Source: Tetramitus jugosus
Taxonomy: Eukaryota > Protista > Heterolobosea
NCBI GenBank assembly: GCA_937625935.1
Contig: OW569351.1
Location: forward strand, 248,001 to 312,000
DNA: 64,000 bases
Reading direction: 5' to 3'
The notes under the pieces were generated by a model, which saw only the letters and a program-made list of their open reading frames with translations, did no database searches and was not told the DNA's origin. Numbering within the stretch: the stretch's first letter is position 1; each line of letters opens with the position of its first letter. Shown one piece after another: positions 43,901 through 53,953 of this stretch. A program made the position numbers and the translations under genes.

Positions 43901-44236
43901 GTGGATCCTTACATGAATTTCATCATACAATTGTATTGCATTCTTCATTGTGAGCATTCCCAAATGTTCTCGTATGACCACACACAACTCGGACAATCTC
44001 TCATCTAAAATATTCAAAGAATCTGGTGTGCCGTTCTTTGTCACACTCACATAAGCACTCACAACTGATCGAATCGCATCAACAAACGCACGTTCAGCCA
44101 CAGATTGCAGGTTGCAGCTTTGACCACGTCTTCTCCGCCTTCTGGTCGTACTGGGAATAAAGGATTGGTTGATTCTGGATACGAGTTTTGTTCCACTGGG
44201 TGGTGTGAGCAAAAGACTCACGGAATCGTCGTTCAT
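40999..44236 (-). CDS. CIP2A: CIP2A-like armadillo plus coiled-coil protein (7 exons: 44236-43913, 43822-43428, 43360-43196, 43132-42496, 42441-42249, 42190-41527, 41467-40999)
   Basis: Six GT-AG introns join in frame. IVIYALTCLSALTL..GEKVFSKQNIQQTFQL and C-terminal IHSLIHKLTGGK match recalled human CIP2A segments (VVFALSILSSLTL..GEKLF..NIHQTFQL; MIHSLSGGK). Confidence 0.78.
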
Positions 44237-44276
44237 TCTTTTTCTTTTTCTTCAAATTTTTGTTCGTTACGCATTT

Positions 44277-44327
44277 GCGCGGGAAGCGAGATTTGAAGGA
44301 GATTTTTGGCGGGAGATATTTCGCGAA
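44277..44327. promoter_or_regulatory. Cluster of E2F-like and CHR-like motifs upstream of the CIP2A-like gene
   Basis: GCGCGGGAA 44277-85, TTTGAA 44292-97, TTTTTGGCGGGA 44303-14, TTTCGCGAA 44319-27. Confidence 0.45.
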
Positions 44328-44338
44328 TCATTGAGACT

Positions 44339-47300
44339 TTATTTGAGTTTGGTTTTCCAAAAGTGAGCCAACAAGAGATAGTCACCTTCAAGGCAGCCCT
44401 TACGACTAATTTCTTCGATGTGCTTGTCTGTGAGTACTCGTTTTGCTTTGTGATGCACCTTAGTGAAAGGGTCGGTTTCCGCGAGGAGATGAGAAGGTGA
44501 CCGTGGAAGGTTAGGTATCTCCTTACTCATCAATTGCATTAGTGCATCAAACACTATGTCGTTGTCAGAGATACTGCCTAGTTCGTATTTGCCATGAATT
44601 TGCAATGTAATGAATGAGTGGTTATGCTTCTCTGGTTTGAGTAGGCCAATGAGCTTGGAGATGATGTCATCAGTGTCGTTGTACTTGGAAAGAACATAGA
44701 CAATTGACTCGATTGCATTCCTCCGAATATCGATATGGTACTTGGAGTCTCCAACTGTTTCGATAATGTAAATCATATATCGTTTCGTGAGTGGCAAGTG
44801 GCGAAGTACCTTGGCACATGCTATGCGCGTAGAAGTGTCACGGTGGTTATGAATCAGATTGATCACATTGATAATCACACTATTCATGGTTTCGTCTGAT
44901 AATAGACAATTGTTGAGAAGCCATGTTAGTACAGTTGGAAGTTGTTCGATTATTTCGGCTTGCACAAAGTCATTCGAATCTCGTGAGCTCTCTTGAATAC
45001 AAGAGAACACGACAAGGTTCGCCATTTGAATTTGGAAGTCAAAGACAGTTTCAGGATGTACGATATTTGGATTAAATAATAAGTCTGAACAAGCTCGTAT
45101 CGCCTCTCTTCGAACATCGAACTTCTCATGCTTTGTGCAGTTCATAAGTATGCCAAGCAACTCTCGATCATGCGATGGACGGGTTACTTGATGAATTAGA
45201 AATATTAGTGTGCTTAGGCACTTGAGGATTGAACACTCAACATTGTTGGTATCAATCATCCGAAAATAGTGCATGGCCATATCTGTGACTAACCCATCAT
45301 CGTGAGATGGCATTTCCAGAAGACAGTTGACAGATTTATCTCGGATAATCCAATCTCTCGGGAATAAAGCAAGTAACTTCTGTTTTACCTCTCGTTCTTT
45401 GGTCAAATGGAAGCCAGAACGTAACACTATCGATAACGCATCGCACATATGCATCCAGAAAGATCGATCTTTTCGGAGATCGGAGCTTAAAAACATATCA
45501 ACAATCTCTTGATCTTCGTTTAGAGCATGCTTGATCGCACCGAGTGCATATCCACATAAACTGTAGGGCTCACCAAATGCTTTATAGAGAGCACTTGTAA
45601 TTCTCGTTTTTTGTTCGTCATTAGAGAAAAAGATAGCTCGTCTCTCGATTAATATCGACAAGATTTCATATCTGGTGTGGAGCTTAAACGAATCTAAACT
45701 CTTATAGTCCAGGAGGGAGATATTCAGAGATGTTAAAAATATTTCGACAATCAATTTGCAACACTGCTGACTAATATTGCTTGCGCAATACTTTAGACAG
45801 ATTACAGCTGCCTCTTCACTGGCAAATGTTGTCCATCGATAATGGGGACTATTCCTAATGAACGTAATGAGTACTGAAACAAGGCGTTTAACGAGATCAG
45901 TATATTCTGGAGGACTCAAGTCCAGTTGACTCAAAATGCGTAATATCATAGTCACTCGTTTCAGATAACCCTGCCTAAGAGTTTGTTCTGTGGGAGGAGT
46001 TTCACTTAGAGTATTTATGCCATGCGTTATCAATACTGACACATTTGCTTTCGTACCCAACAATATAAAAAAGTCAGCTAAAGCATCAGCATGTACTCCA
46101 TTATCATTTCCTTTCGATAGTGCTAACTTGTATATAATCTCAGATATTGAGTTGTGGGAGTTGTAAAGATTCCACATTGAATGTGTTAACCTCCTTATGT
46201 TTTGGTTGTGATGCATGATACCATCAATAATGATTCGTTGTTTCCTCTTCGATGATAGATGGTATATAATTTCGCGCATAGAGTGTTCGTTTTGTCTTTG
46301 ACTATCTTGGATGAGTTTAAGAAGCACACTTTCATATGTAAAATCGTGTTTCTTGGCCGATAGGAGTGCATAACAAAAAACCACAAACTGATGAACAGGA
46401 AGGTCCTGGGACAAAAATATGAAAACCTCTTTGTACCATACATCTGTCACAAATTTCACAACCTCATTCACAGTTTCGAGATGGACCTTTGGCAAGCTAT
46501 CTTTGAATGAGATCGCTTTGAAGAAGTCAGAGAAACTCACTTGGCGTTTTCTAGTATGCCTCTCTATTCTTTCTTCACTTTTCTCACCTGCGCCTTTCAT
46601 CATTTCTTTTATGATCCCTCGTTTCCATTGCTGAGACACTAAATACTCTTGAAATGATAAGTGTGAGAATCGATACCGCTTTTGTTCGAATGAAGGAGTA
46701 GGGGTAATAATTGCAAACTTGCCATCATCAATCATCTCCTGAATATCACTCCAGATTTGTTGTAATTCTTTTGGACACTCAAGCACCTGTTCTTCTGAAA
46801 AGTATACCATCCGACGAGTGTGAAGAATCTCGGAAAGAGCAATAATAAGCTCATAGATCCTAGTTCTTTGCTTCTTCAACTCATCCGCTTGTACTCTAAC
46901 TGCACCGATAACCCTCAATCTTTTGAAATGAGCATTTAACATGCTTTCTACAGCTTGATGATATATTTCTGATCTATTTGTGGGTAAAGCCTTTTCAGCC
47001 TTATATAAATTAATAAGGAGGGAGAGTAACATTGGAGTGCGTGCGAGATCAGAATATAATCCACTTCGTAGCACACTCAAAAATTCTTCCTCAGTGACAC
47101 CTCTCTTCTTTGACACTTCAATTTGCATATCAATCGATAGTGGTAGTAATTTAGCAGTAACAAATCCCATGTGAGATAATTGAGAGCTAATTCGAGATGT
47201 AATTATCAAACGATGCTTTGTGTGCGTGCCAATGAATTGTAGTAACCGTTCCTCAATTAATCGTTTGGCCTCTCTCGAGCAGGATTCGTCAAGACCATCA

Positions 47301-49612
47301 CACAGCAACAAAATGCGTCCCTTAGTGATCGACCGTAACAGAAATGATTGTATCTCTTCATTGTATTGTATTTGGTTGACTGAATGAAGAACTTGAATAT
47401 CGAACTCAGTTTCATCATTCAATTGTTGTGACAGGAGCGACACACTCAGCAAAATAGGAACATAATAATCATTGTTCTCAACGTCTCGATTGATCTGCTT
47501 CTCTGTCAGATATCGTTTCGCTAGATTGTACATGACCATACGTAGCAACGTAGTTTTTCCGCTCGCTGGCGAACCATAAGCCAGAACAGCTCTGTTCTGA
47601 TTATGGATAATAAAGTCAGCTAAATTCAACACGGAAATGCTATTTACATTCTCTGAAGTATCTAGCAGAATATTAGGATCAACATCCATATCTGATTCTG
47701 TTTGCTCACCGGTTGACTCGGATTCTGTGAATCCATAAAAATCAGCAGAAAGCGCTTTATCTTCGGTCGCTAACGAAGTCTCTACAGGATACACCTGAGA
47801 ATCACTCGGAAGGAATACTTCTAATGGAATGCACTCATCTTCTATTGACAATTGTCCATTATTGAAAATATCTCGGATGTATCCATCGTGCTGTACAATC
47901 ATTTTCATATATGCATCGAATGTGTTGTTATATTTCTCGTCACTAATTTCTTTTGGGACAATGATAGAATCGCGACAATTGCCTGAATCTCCATACTTTT
48001 CTACTTTCTCCAGCAACAGAGATGTGAAAGGAAATCCATATCGCTCACAACACTCTGAAAAAACATAAATTGTCACGTATAGTTCACCATTCTTGCGTTC
48101 AGAGGCAAGTAGTTTTCTCAATCCCTTATTACAAAGGCCATTCAAGCGCCCAAAGGCAGCACAGTATGATGAATGAAAAAGTCCCCAAGATAAATTATCT
48201 CGCACATCACTGCTCTCGAAATGACGAACCCAAAAGCTCCTGGCTTCAACCATTTCATAGAAAAGGGAATCTATCGTACTCACAAGTAATGGAGCTGAGG
48301 ACCATTCATAATTCATTGAAGGGCGCTGGTCTTGAGTTGATATCTCATCCTGAATTGGAGTATGGGGAGTCGAAAAGCTTTTGGGATTCACATTAATGTA
48401 TGCGCGATGAGGATCATCGATATATTGTACAATTTCTGAGGCATTGACTCGATCAACTGGGTTGTATGCCAAACATTCGAACATTATATTACACAACTTT
48501 TGAGTCTGGTCACAGTATAGATAATTATACAACTGGATGCGTTCTTTTTTGTTCGTTTCCTCGAACGTCAGTTTCATTCTGTGTTTGTTCAGCACTGAAA
48601 GCAACTCCAGGTCAGAATACATGAGCCGATTTGATTCCATATGATTTGCCAACAACAATTCTAATATAATCATTCCTAATGACCATATATCTGTTGAACT
48701 GTCATGACCGAGAGCTCGTGCATTTTCGGGTGATTGATACAGCGGCGTACCCGTATTTGTCAATGCTAAATCGCTCAATAGTTGCTTTCCCATTCCAAAA
48801 TCTGCAATTTTAATCTGGGACCTATTTAGGTTATCTTCAGTCCAATTAACTCTGAATTCTACTGTTTGTGGTGAGCTGCTCCCTACATCACTCTTTCTTG
48901 GGTAAAATATAATTAAATTCTCTGGTTTGATATCTCGATGAATAATTTCGTTCTGATGCAAATAGTTTAATCCCAATGCAATTTGACGCACCCATCGAAC
49001 AATATGATGAACATTGTAGTGATGCCTCTTCATGAATGTTTTTAAATTTGGTCCATCCACATATTCCATGCAGTACCGTATCATTGTACTCGTAAAATAT
49101 TCATCTTCATCGCTATTGGTTGCTTCTTGTTCTTCTTCTTCGTGTTGTTGTTCAATCCCATCATCATTCGTTTTCTCTTCCTTCTTCGAATGAGCGGCGG
49201 TCGTACTTTGTCGTTGCTGGAACGTAAACAATGAATGTTCATTCTCCCGATACTTTTCATACCAATACGCATAATGTTCAACAATATTCTCATGTCTCAA
49301 GCTCAATAAACGATCATTGAATTTGGAATAGTGTCCCAAGAGAAGATGATCCGTGGAACAATCAACTGTTTTGATGGCTACAAGTTTTGTCATTTCACTC
49401 TTGTTCATCTCCACCTCCACATTGTTTTCGTTATCCGTCATTATCATTGTTTTGAATGGATTGTGTGGTGGTGATGGTGAGAGAGGGAGTTCTTCGTAGA
49501 GTGACACACCACCCTCTCTGCCCTTTCCTAGTCTCTTAACGAATTGAAAGCTACGTCCATTGTGAGTGAGAACTAACGAAGAAGAACTGCTGTTGTTTGT
49601 CGTGATGGTCAT
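44339..49612 (-). CDS. NLR-like STAND protein: Ser/Thr kinase - EF-hand-like - NACHT NTPase - HEAT/ARM repeats
   Basis: Kinase: GKGREGGV, VAIK, HRDIKPEN, DFG, GTPLYQSPE, DIWSLG. NACHT: Walker A GSPASGKTT, Walker B LLLCDGLDE, LIITSR, LARTPMLL, RFSHLSFQEYL. HEAT-like: VRREAIRAC, TRIACAKVL, IRRNAIESI. First ATG at 49612. Confidence 0.88.
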   Translation of the reverse strand: MTITTNNSSSSSLVLTHNGRSFQFVKRLGKGREGGVSLYEELPLSPSPPHNPFKTMIMTDNENNVEVEMNKSEMTKLVAIKTVDCSTDHLLLGHYSKFNDRLLSLRHENIVEHYAYWYEKYRENEHSLFTFQQRQSTTAAHSKKEEKTNDDGIEQQHEEEEQEATNSDEDEYFTSTMIRYCMEYVDGPNLKTFMKRHHYNVHHIVRWVRQIALGLNYLHQNEIIHRDIKPENLIIFYPRKSDVGSSSPQTVEFRVNWTEDNLNRSQIKIADFGMGKQLLSDLALTNTGTPLYQSPENARALGHDSSTDIWSLGMIILELLLANHMESNRLMYSDLELLSVLNKHRMKLTFEETNKKERIQLYNYLYCDQTQKLCNIMFECLAYNPVDRVNASEIVQYIDDPHRAYINVNPKSFSTPHTPIQDEISTQDQRPSMNYEWSSAPLLVSTIDSLFYEMVEARSFWVRHFESSDVRDNLSWGLFHSSYCAAFGRLNGLCNKGLRKLLASERKNGELYVTIYVFSECCERYGFPFTSLLLEKVEKYGDSGNCRDSIIVPKEISDEKYNNTFDAYMKMIVQHDGYIRDIFNNGQLSIEDECIPLEVFLPSDSQVYPVETSLATEDKALSADFYGFTESESTGEQTESDMDVDPNILLDTSENVNSISVLNLADFIIHNQNRAVLAYGSPASGKTTLLRMVMYNLAKRYLTEKQINRDVENNDYYVPILLSVSLLSQQLNDETEFDIQVLHSVNQIQYNEEIQSFLLRSITKGRILLLCDGLDESCSREAKRLIEERLLQFIGTHTKHRLIITSRISSQLSHMGFVTAKLLPLSIDMQIEVSKKRGVTEEEFLSVLRSGLYSDLARTPMLLSLLINLYKAEKALPTNRSEIYHQAVESMLNAHFKRLRVIGAVRVQADELKKQRTRIYELIIALSEILHTRRMVYFSEEQVLECPKELQQIWSDIQEMIDDGKFAIITPTPSFEQKRYRFSHLSFQEYLVSQQWKRGIIKEMMKGAGEKSEERIERHTRKRQVSFSDFFKAISFKDSLPKVHLETVNEVVKFVTDVWYKEVFIFLSQDLPVHQFVVFCYALLSAKKHDFTYESVLLKLIQDSQRQNEHSMREIIYHLSSKRKQRIIIDGIMHHNQNIRRLTHSMWNLYNSHNSISEIIYKLALSKGNDNGVHADALADFFILLGTKANVSVLITHGINTLSETPPTEQTLRQGYLKRVTMILRILSQLDLSPPEYTDLVKRLVSVLITFIRNSPHYRWTTFASEEAAVICLKYCASNISQQCCKLIVEIFLTSLNISLLDYKSLDSFKLHTRYEILSILIERRAIFFSNDEQKTRITSALYKAFGEPYSLCGYALGAIKHALNEDQEIVDMFLSSDLRKDRSFWMHMCDALSIVLRSGFHLTKEREVKQKLLALFPRDWIIRDKSVNCLLEMPSHDDGLVTDMAMHYFRMIDTNNVECSILKCLSTLIFLIHQVTRPSHDRELLGILMNCTKHEKFDVRREAIRACSDLLFNPNIVHPETVFDFQIQMANLVVFSCIQESSRDSNDFVQAEIIEQLPTVLTWLLNNCLLSDETMNSVIINVINLIHNHRDTSTRIACAKVLRHLPLTKRYMIYIIETVGDSKYHIDIRRNAIESIVYVLSKYNDTDDIISKLIGLLKPEKHNHSFITLQIHGKYELGSISDNDIVFDALMQLMSKEIPNLPRSPSHLLAETDPFTKVHHKAKRVLTDKHIEEISRKGCLEGDYLLLAHFWKTKLK

Positions 49613-49844
49613 GTTGTTGTTTGTTTGGTGTTGGTACCTCCAAACACAAAGTGTACAGTGCAATAGATTAGCTAAGTGGAGTTGTTTGACTGTGTGATGT
49701 AGTGGTGGGAGTGATCTCTTTTCTCGACACCTGTTGCGAGCTTTCACTTGGCTTGTCAAACGAGGAACACGCCCCGAAATCGTCATTTTCCCGAACAATA
49801 ATAGCTATTTGGTCCGGAATGGAGTTTCTTTCCAGAGCAATAAA

Positions 49845-50771
49845 ATGGTGGAGGACGAAACGAAAAGTGCACCTTCCCCGAATGATGATGATGTGCTACT
49901 ACACTTTAGTGAAACATGTGTCATCTGTTTGAATGATGAGATTGAGGAGCCTTGCATGTTGCTTCCCTGCTATCACTCGTTCTGTTGGAGCTGTATTCAA
50001 TCTTGGCTTCGACAACAATCCTTTTGTCCCTTGTGCAAGACACGACCTACACATCTGATTCACAATATTCAATCATCCGACCGTTATGAAAAGAGGATTT
50101 TGTTGTCACATGGGACTGACACTTCAAGATCACAAACTGTTGTGTCAAACACAGATCAGAGAAGAGAGATTGCAGAAGACGAAGAAGGGAGTCTTGAGGA
50201 TGATGAGGACATGTATGATGACGATGATAGCTATGGGTACAATGATAGCTCTGATGAGTACGATTATGCGTTGGCAGAGTCATACGATGATATCAAAGAA
50301 CACGACGATACTGGTAATGCGAGCGGCAATAGTGGCGGTGCAAATCGTTCATATATGGATCATAGAAGACAAGTGTACAGGCAGAAACTGCAGTGTGTTG
50401 TTGATGTCGATCGTGTGCATAAGTTAATGAAAACACAACGTTTTTCAGTGTCGTACTACAAGCGCATGGAACCAGTGATTGGTCCAAAGATTCGAGATTG
50501 GATCAATAGAGAACTTTGTGTGATCAATGATGACTCAATGTTGCCCGGCATCAATGACATGTTATGCAATTTGGTTGTATCCCTTCTGAGTCGCATCGAT
50601 ATCGTTACACAGAGTGAAAGCTTTCTTGCACAGCTCCAGAGCTATTTTGTGAATGAATCTGATGCACAGATATTTGTGCGAGAACTAAGTCTTTTTGTGC
50701 AGAGTGACCTCTCCATCAAACAGTATGATCATGCCTGCCAATACAAAAACCTGCTTGAGTGTCAGAACTGA
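49845..50771 (+). CDS. Topors-like C3HC4 RING E3 ubiquitin ligase
   Basis: RING CVIC..PCYHSFCWSCI..CPLCK followed by LIHNIQS. RRQVY, IRDWINREL and FVRELSLFVQSDLSIKQYD are typical of Topors-like proteins. First ATG at 49845. Confidence 0.82.
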   Translation: MVEDETKSAPSPNDDDVLLHFSETCVICLNDEIEEPCMLLPCYHSFCWSCIQSWLRQQSFCPLCKTRPTHLIHNIQSSDRYEKRILLSHGTDTSRSQTVVSNTDQRREIAEDEEGSLEDDEDMYDDDDSYGYNDSSDEYDYALAESYDDIKEHDDTGNASGNSGGANRSYMDHRRQVYRQKLQCVVDVDRVHKLMKTQRFSVSYYKRMEPVIGPKIRDWINRELCVINDDSMLPGINDMLCNLVVSLLSRIDIVTQSESFLAQLQSYFVNESDAQIFVRELSLFVQSDLSIKQYDHACQYKNLLECQN

Positions 50772-50831
50772 GCCCTGATCTCTCGAGAATCGGAAAAAAA
50801 AATCAAGAGTGAATGAAATCATCAGGAGGAG

Positions 50832-51275
50832 ATGAATGATGAGTCGTTTGAAGAGGATCATATTTGCCATGAGTACGTATCTCAGTGTCTCGCTGATATT
50901 TTGACCATTGAGAACAAGAACAAACTCAGGATCAAGTTTGAGAGTGGATCGTTGTCCTTGGACGATTTTTGTCGATTGATCTCTCAGTCGTATGAGCCAT
51001 TGATGAACCAAGGTGAGCTTTCATATTTGCAGCAACTGCTTCGAGTGCTGTTGAAGGGTAAACGTTTTCGTTTCTCCAAGGTTGATGCTGCCAAAGCACA
51101 CATGGAAGAACTTCCAAAGGAACCTATAGGGCAAGAAGCGGAACCAATGGATCCAAGCTCAGTCTATTGGTGGAGAAGACTGGGACAACCAAGTCACAAG
51201 ATACCCACGTGGGCACGAAGGGCTGACATTGAGCTGAAACCTAATTACACAGTCTCGGATAAATTCCTCTGTTGA
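50832..51275 (+). CDS. Hypothetical protein (147 aa)
   Basis: ATG-initiated ORF filling the gap between the RING and CCP genes, with globular-looking composition. No motif recognised. Confidence 0.6.
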   Translation: MNDESFEEDHICHEYVSQCLADILTIENKNKLRIKFESGSLSLDDFCRLISQSYEPLMNQGELSYLQQLLRVLLKGKRFRFSKVDAAKAHMEELPKEPIGQEAEPMDPSSVYWWRRLGQPSHKIPTWARRADIELKPNYTVSDKFLC

Positions 51276-51384
51276 GCTCTTCGCCATTTTTGCCGCCATT
51301 TTGCCGTGTACGAGCCAGTTTCTGTGCACTCACAGGAAGGTGTTGTGGATTGGTGTTGTTAAGTGTATATAACACGTATGTGAT

Positions 51385-53165
51385 ATGATCCAAAGAAAGC
51401 TACACATACAGCGCAGAAGCAACAACAGCAATGGATCAACTGGTGCTAGCAAGAATGCACCTGGTAGTTCATCTATCAAAAGCATTGGCACCTCCATTTC
51501 GCATCAATTATCACAGCAGCATCAAGCATCTTTGCCTTCCTCCCTACACAGCTCTCGCTTCACTCTAAGGTCCACTCCGCTCACGTCCACAACATCTCCG
51601 CCTCCAACCACTTCCAACTATGGCATCAGTAACAACAGTAGTCCTTCCACTGCTGTGCCCATTTCACTCAAGCCTACCTATGCTTATTCATCACCATCTG
51701 CGAGTCACACACCAGTCAAAGAGCGTAACTCTTCATCATCGCCTCGTCCCACGACTAGAGAGCCCAGCAACAACTCCAATAGCAATTCGAATTACGCGGA
51801 ACGAATCGTGAACATTCCCTATCAAGAGCAACAACAAGCTTATCATCAGCATCAACACTATCGAAAAAGAAAACGAGGTGAATTGATATTCCACAGTAAT
51901 TTTGAGTCTGGTAACTTGGGAAAAGTGAAAACGATCAAGGCAGAGTGTGAATATGAACTTTCTATTCGCCCAGACACAAACAATCCAAACTATAGACTAT
52001 GGTACTATTTTAGTGTTGAAAATTGTAAGAAGAATCAAAGAGTAGTGCTATCGATTGTCAACTTTTCAAAAGCAAGAAGTCTGTATCGACAAGGTATGAC
52101 CCCATTGGTCAAATCAGATCAGAGACCATACTGGGAACGAATACCAGAGAAGCAAGTATTCTATTATCGCAATCCGAAATCAAAGTCATATATATTGAGC
52201 TTTGTATTTGTGTTTGACCGGGAAACCGACGTCTATTACTTCTCATACAGTTATCCCTATACGTAAGTTTCTCGTTGTTAAAGAGTTACATAAAATGCTC
52301 TTAGTGCTAACACCTGTGATATCTGACACATTTTAGTTATTCGGACCTGCAGCAGTTCCTATTTAATCTGGATTCCAAGAACCTGGACTATTATCGACGG
52401 GAATTATTGACAAAAACTGTGCATCAAAGAAGGCTCGACCTTTTGACGATCTCTGACTCTCATCCACTGAATCCCATGGGCACAAAGAAACAAATTGTGT
52501 TCATCACAGCTAGAGTTCATCCTGGTGAAACTCCTTCATCGTATATGGCTCATGGCATGATATCCTTCCTCGTCAGTAATCACCCAGACGCCAAGTTATT
52601 ACGAGAATATCTAATCTTCAAAATTATTCCAATGCTGAATCCAGACGGAGTCTATCTTGGAAATTACAGATGTTCTTCGTTAGGTCAAGATCTGAACCGG
52701 TTCTGGTTAAATCCAGAAGCTTGGGCCCATCCAACTATCAACGCCACGAGATCACTCTTGTTGGAGCTAAAGAACAGTTCGGATGCCTTTTTAGACTTCT
52801 TTATTGATATGCACAGTCACTCTGCTGCCACAAATGGCTTCATGTTTGTGAATCAGGTTGGAGACGACAAAAAGGATGATCAGCTGCTGTACCCAAAGTT
52901 GCTTGACATCAAAGCCAAAGAGTTTTCATTTTCTGACACTCGCTACTGCAAGGATGCATCCAAGTTGGGAACAGGAAGGAGAGCACTGGGAGAGATGTTG
53001 CAAGTCGCACCACACTGCTACACGCTTGAAGTATCCTTCTTTAGCTTCACTCAAGACATGTCGAAAAACGTGCCATTCACACAAGAAAGCTATCTCAACT
53101 TGGGTGTGAACGTAGCACTGACATTCATCGACTATTATAGATTGACCCATAAAAAGAGAAGATGA
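51385..53165 (+). CDS. AGBL4: Cytosolic carboxypeptidase 6-like tubulin deglutamylase (exons 51385-52262, 52337-53165)
   Basis: FESGNL, WYYF, YPYT|YSDL, ARVHPGETPSS, PMLNPDGV..GNYR, DLNR, DMHSHS, YTLEVSF. 74-nt intron with a CTAAC branch site. Confidence 0.88.
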
Positions 53166-53204
53166 TTTTGCCCATTGACATCCACACAATAACTCACACA
53201 TGCA

Positions 53205-53783
53205 TCATTCGTCTCCATCTTCAATGTCCTCGTCATCATCTCCATCATCCTCATCCCCATTCTCATCATCCTCCATCATATCATTCAAAATCTTAATCTT
53301 CAACGAACAACCATTACAGTTCACAATCATTGAATCAAATGAAATATCACCCGTCTCATTGTCCACTATGCGATCATCCAACAACAACTCATAGTGACTG
53401 CTGCACCTGCATGACCACTCAAACGTTTCCACCTTCTTGTCATTTACCTCTCTCAACTGCATCTCACTCAATTTCACATACTCTGAAATTTCACCAACCA
53501 TTGACTTGTGATGCTCAAAATGAGACTTTTCCAAATCTTGATTGTAGGCCCTCCGCTTTTGCGCATCACCCAGAATTTCAAATGCGTGACGAACCGAGAG
53601 AAACTGTTGCTCTGTTTGTTGTGAGCCTAAATGTTGGTTGCGATCTGGATGGTACAGCATCACCAATTGTCTGTACTGTTTCTTGATGTCTTGTTGTGTG
53701 ATTGTTGGCGAACCATTCTTTTGTTCATGGAAACTTGGCAATTGTAATACTTGATACAAATCTGTTCTCGAGGTCGTCATCAT
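53205..53783 (-). CDS. DPH4: Diphthamide biosynthesis J-protein DPH4/DNAJC24
   Basis: J-domain with HPD, and CSL Zn finger CRC...CNGCSL. First ATG at 53783. Confidence 0.88.
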   Translation of the reverse strand: MMTTSRTDLYQVLQLPSFHEQKNGSPTITQQDIKKQYRQLVMLYHPDRNQHLGSQQTEQQFLSVRHAFEILGDAQKRRAYNQDLEKSHFEHHKSMVGEISEYVKLSEMQLREVNDKKVETFEWSCRCSSHYELLLDDRIVDNETGDISFDSMIVNCNGCSLKIKILNDMMEDDENGDEDDGDDDEDIEDGDE

Positions 53784-53953
53784 GTAGTTTGCCTGGTGTG
53801 AAATTGTTTTTTGAGTTTCATCCAAAGAGAAAACTCCGGAACATCGCTTTTTTGGAAGAAGAAGAACAGTTTCAGAACTACAACAACAATGAGACCAGAG
53901 CATAAGTTTTTATTGTACCGGATTCCACATGAACCCCCATTAGGTTTGTTACT

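Noticed and set aside
49613-49844. Overlapping 5' ends of the kinase-NACHT and RING ORFs as listed in the track
   Set aside because: Both extensions start at non-ATG codons. With the first ATGs the genes do not overlap.
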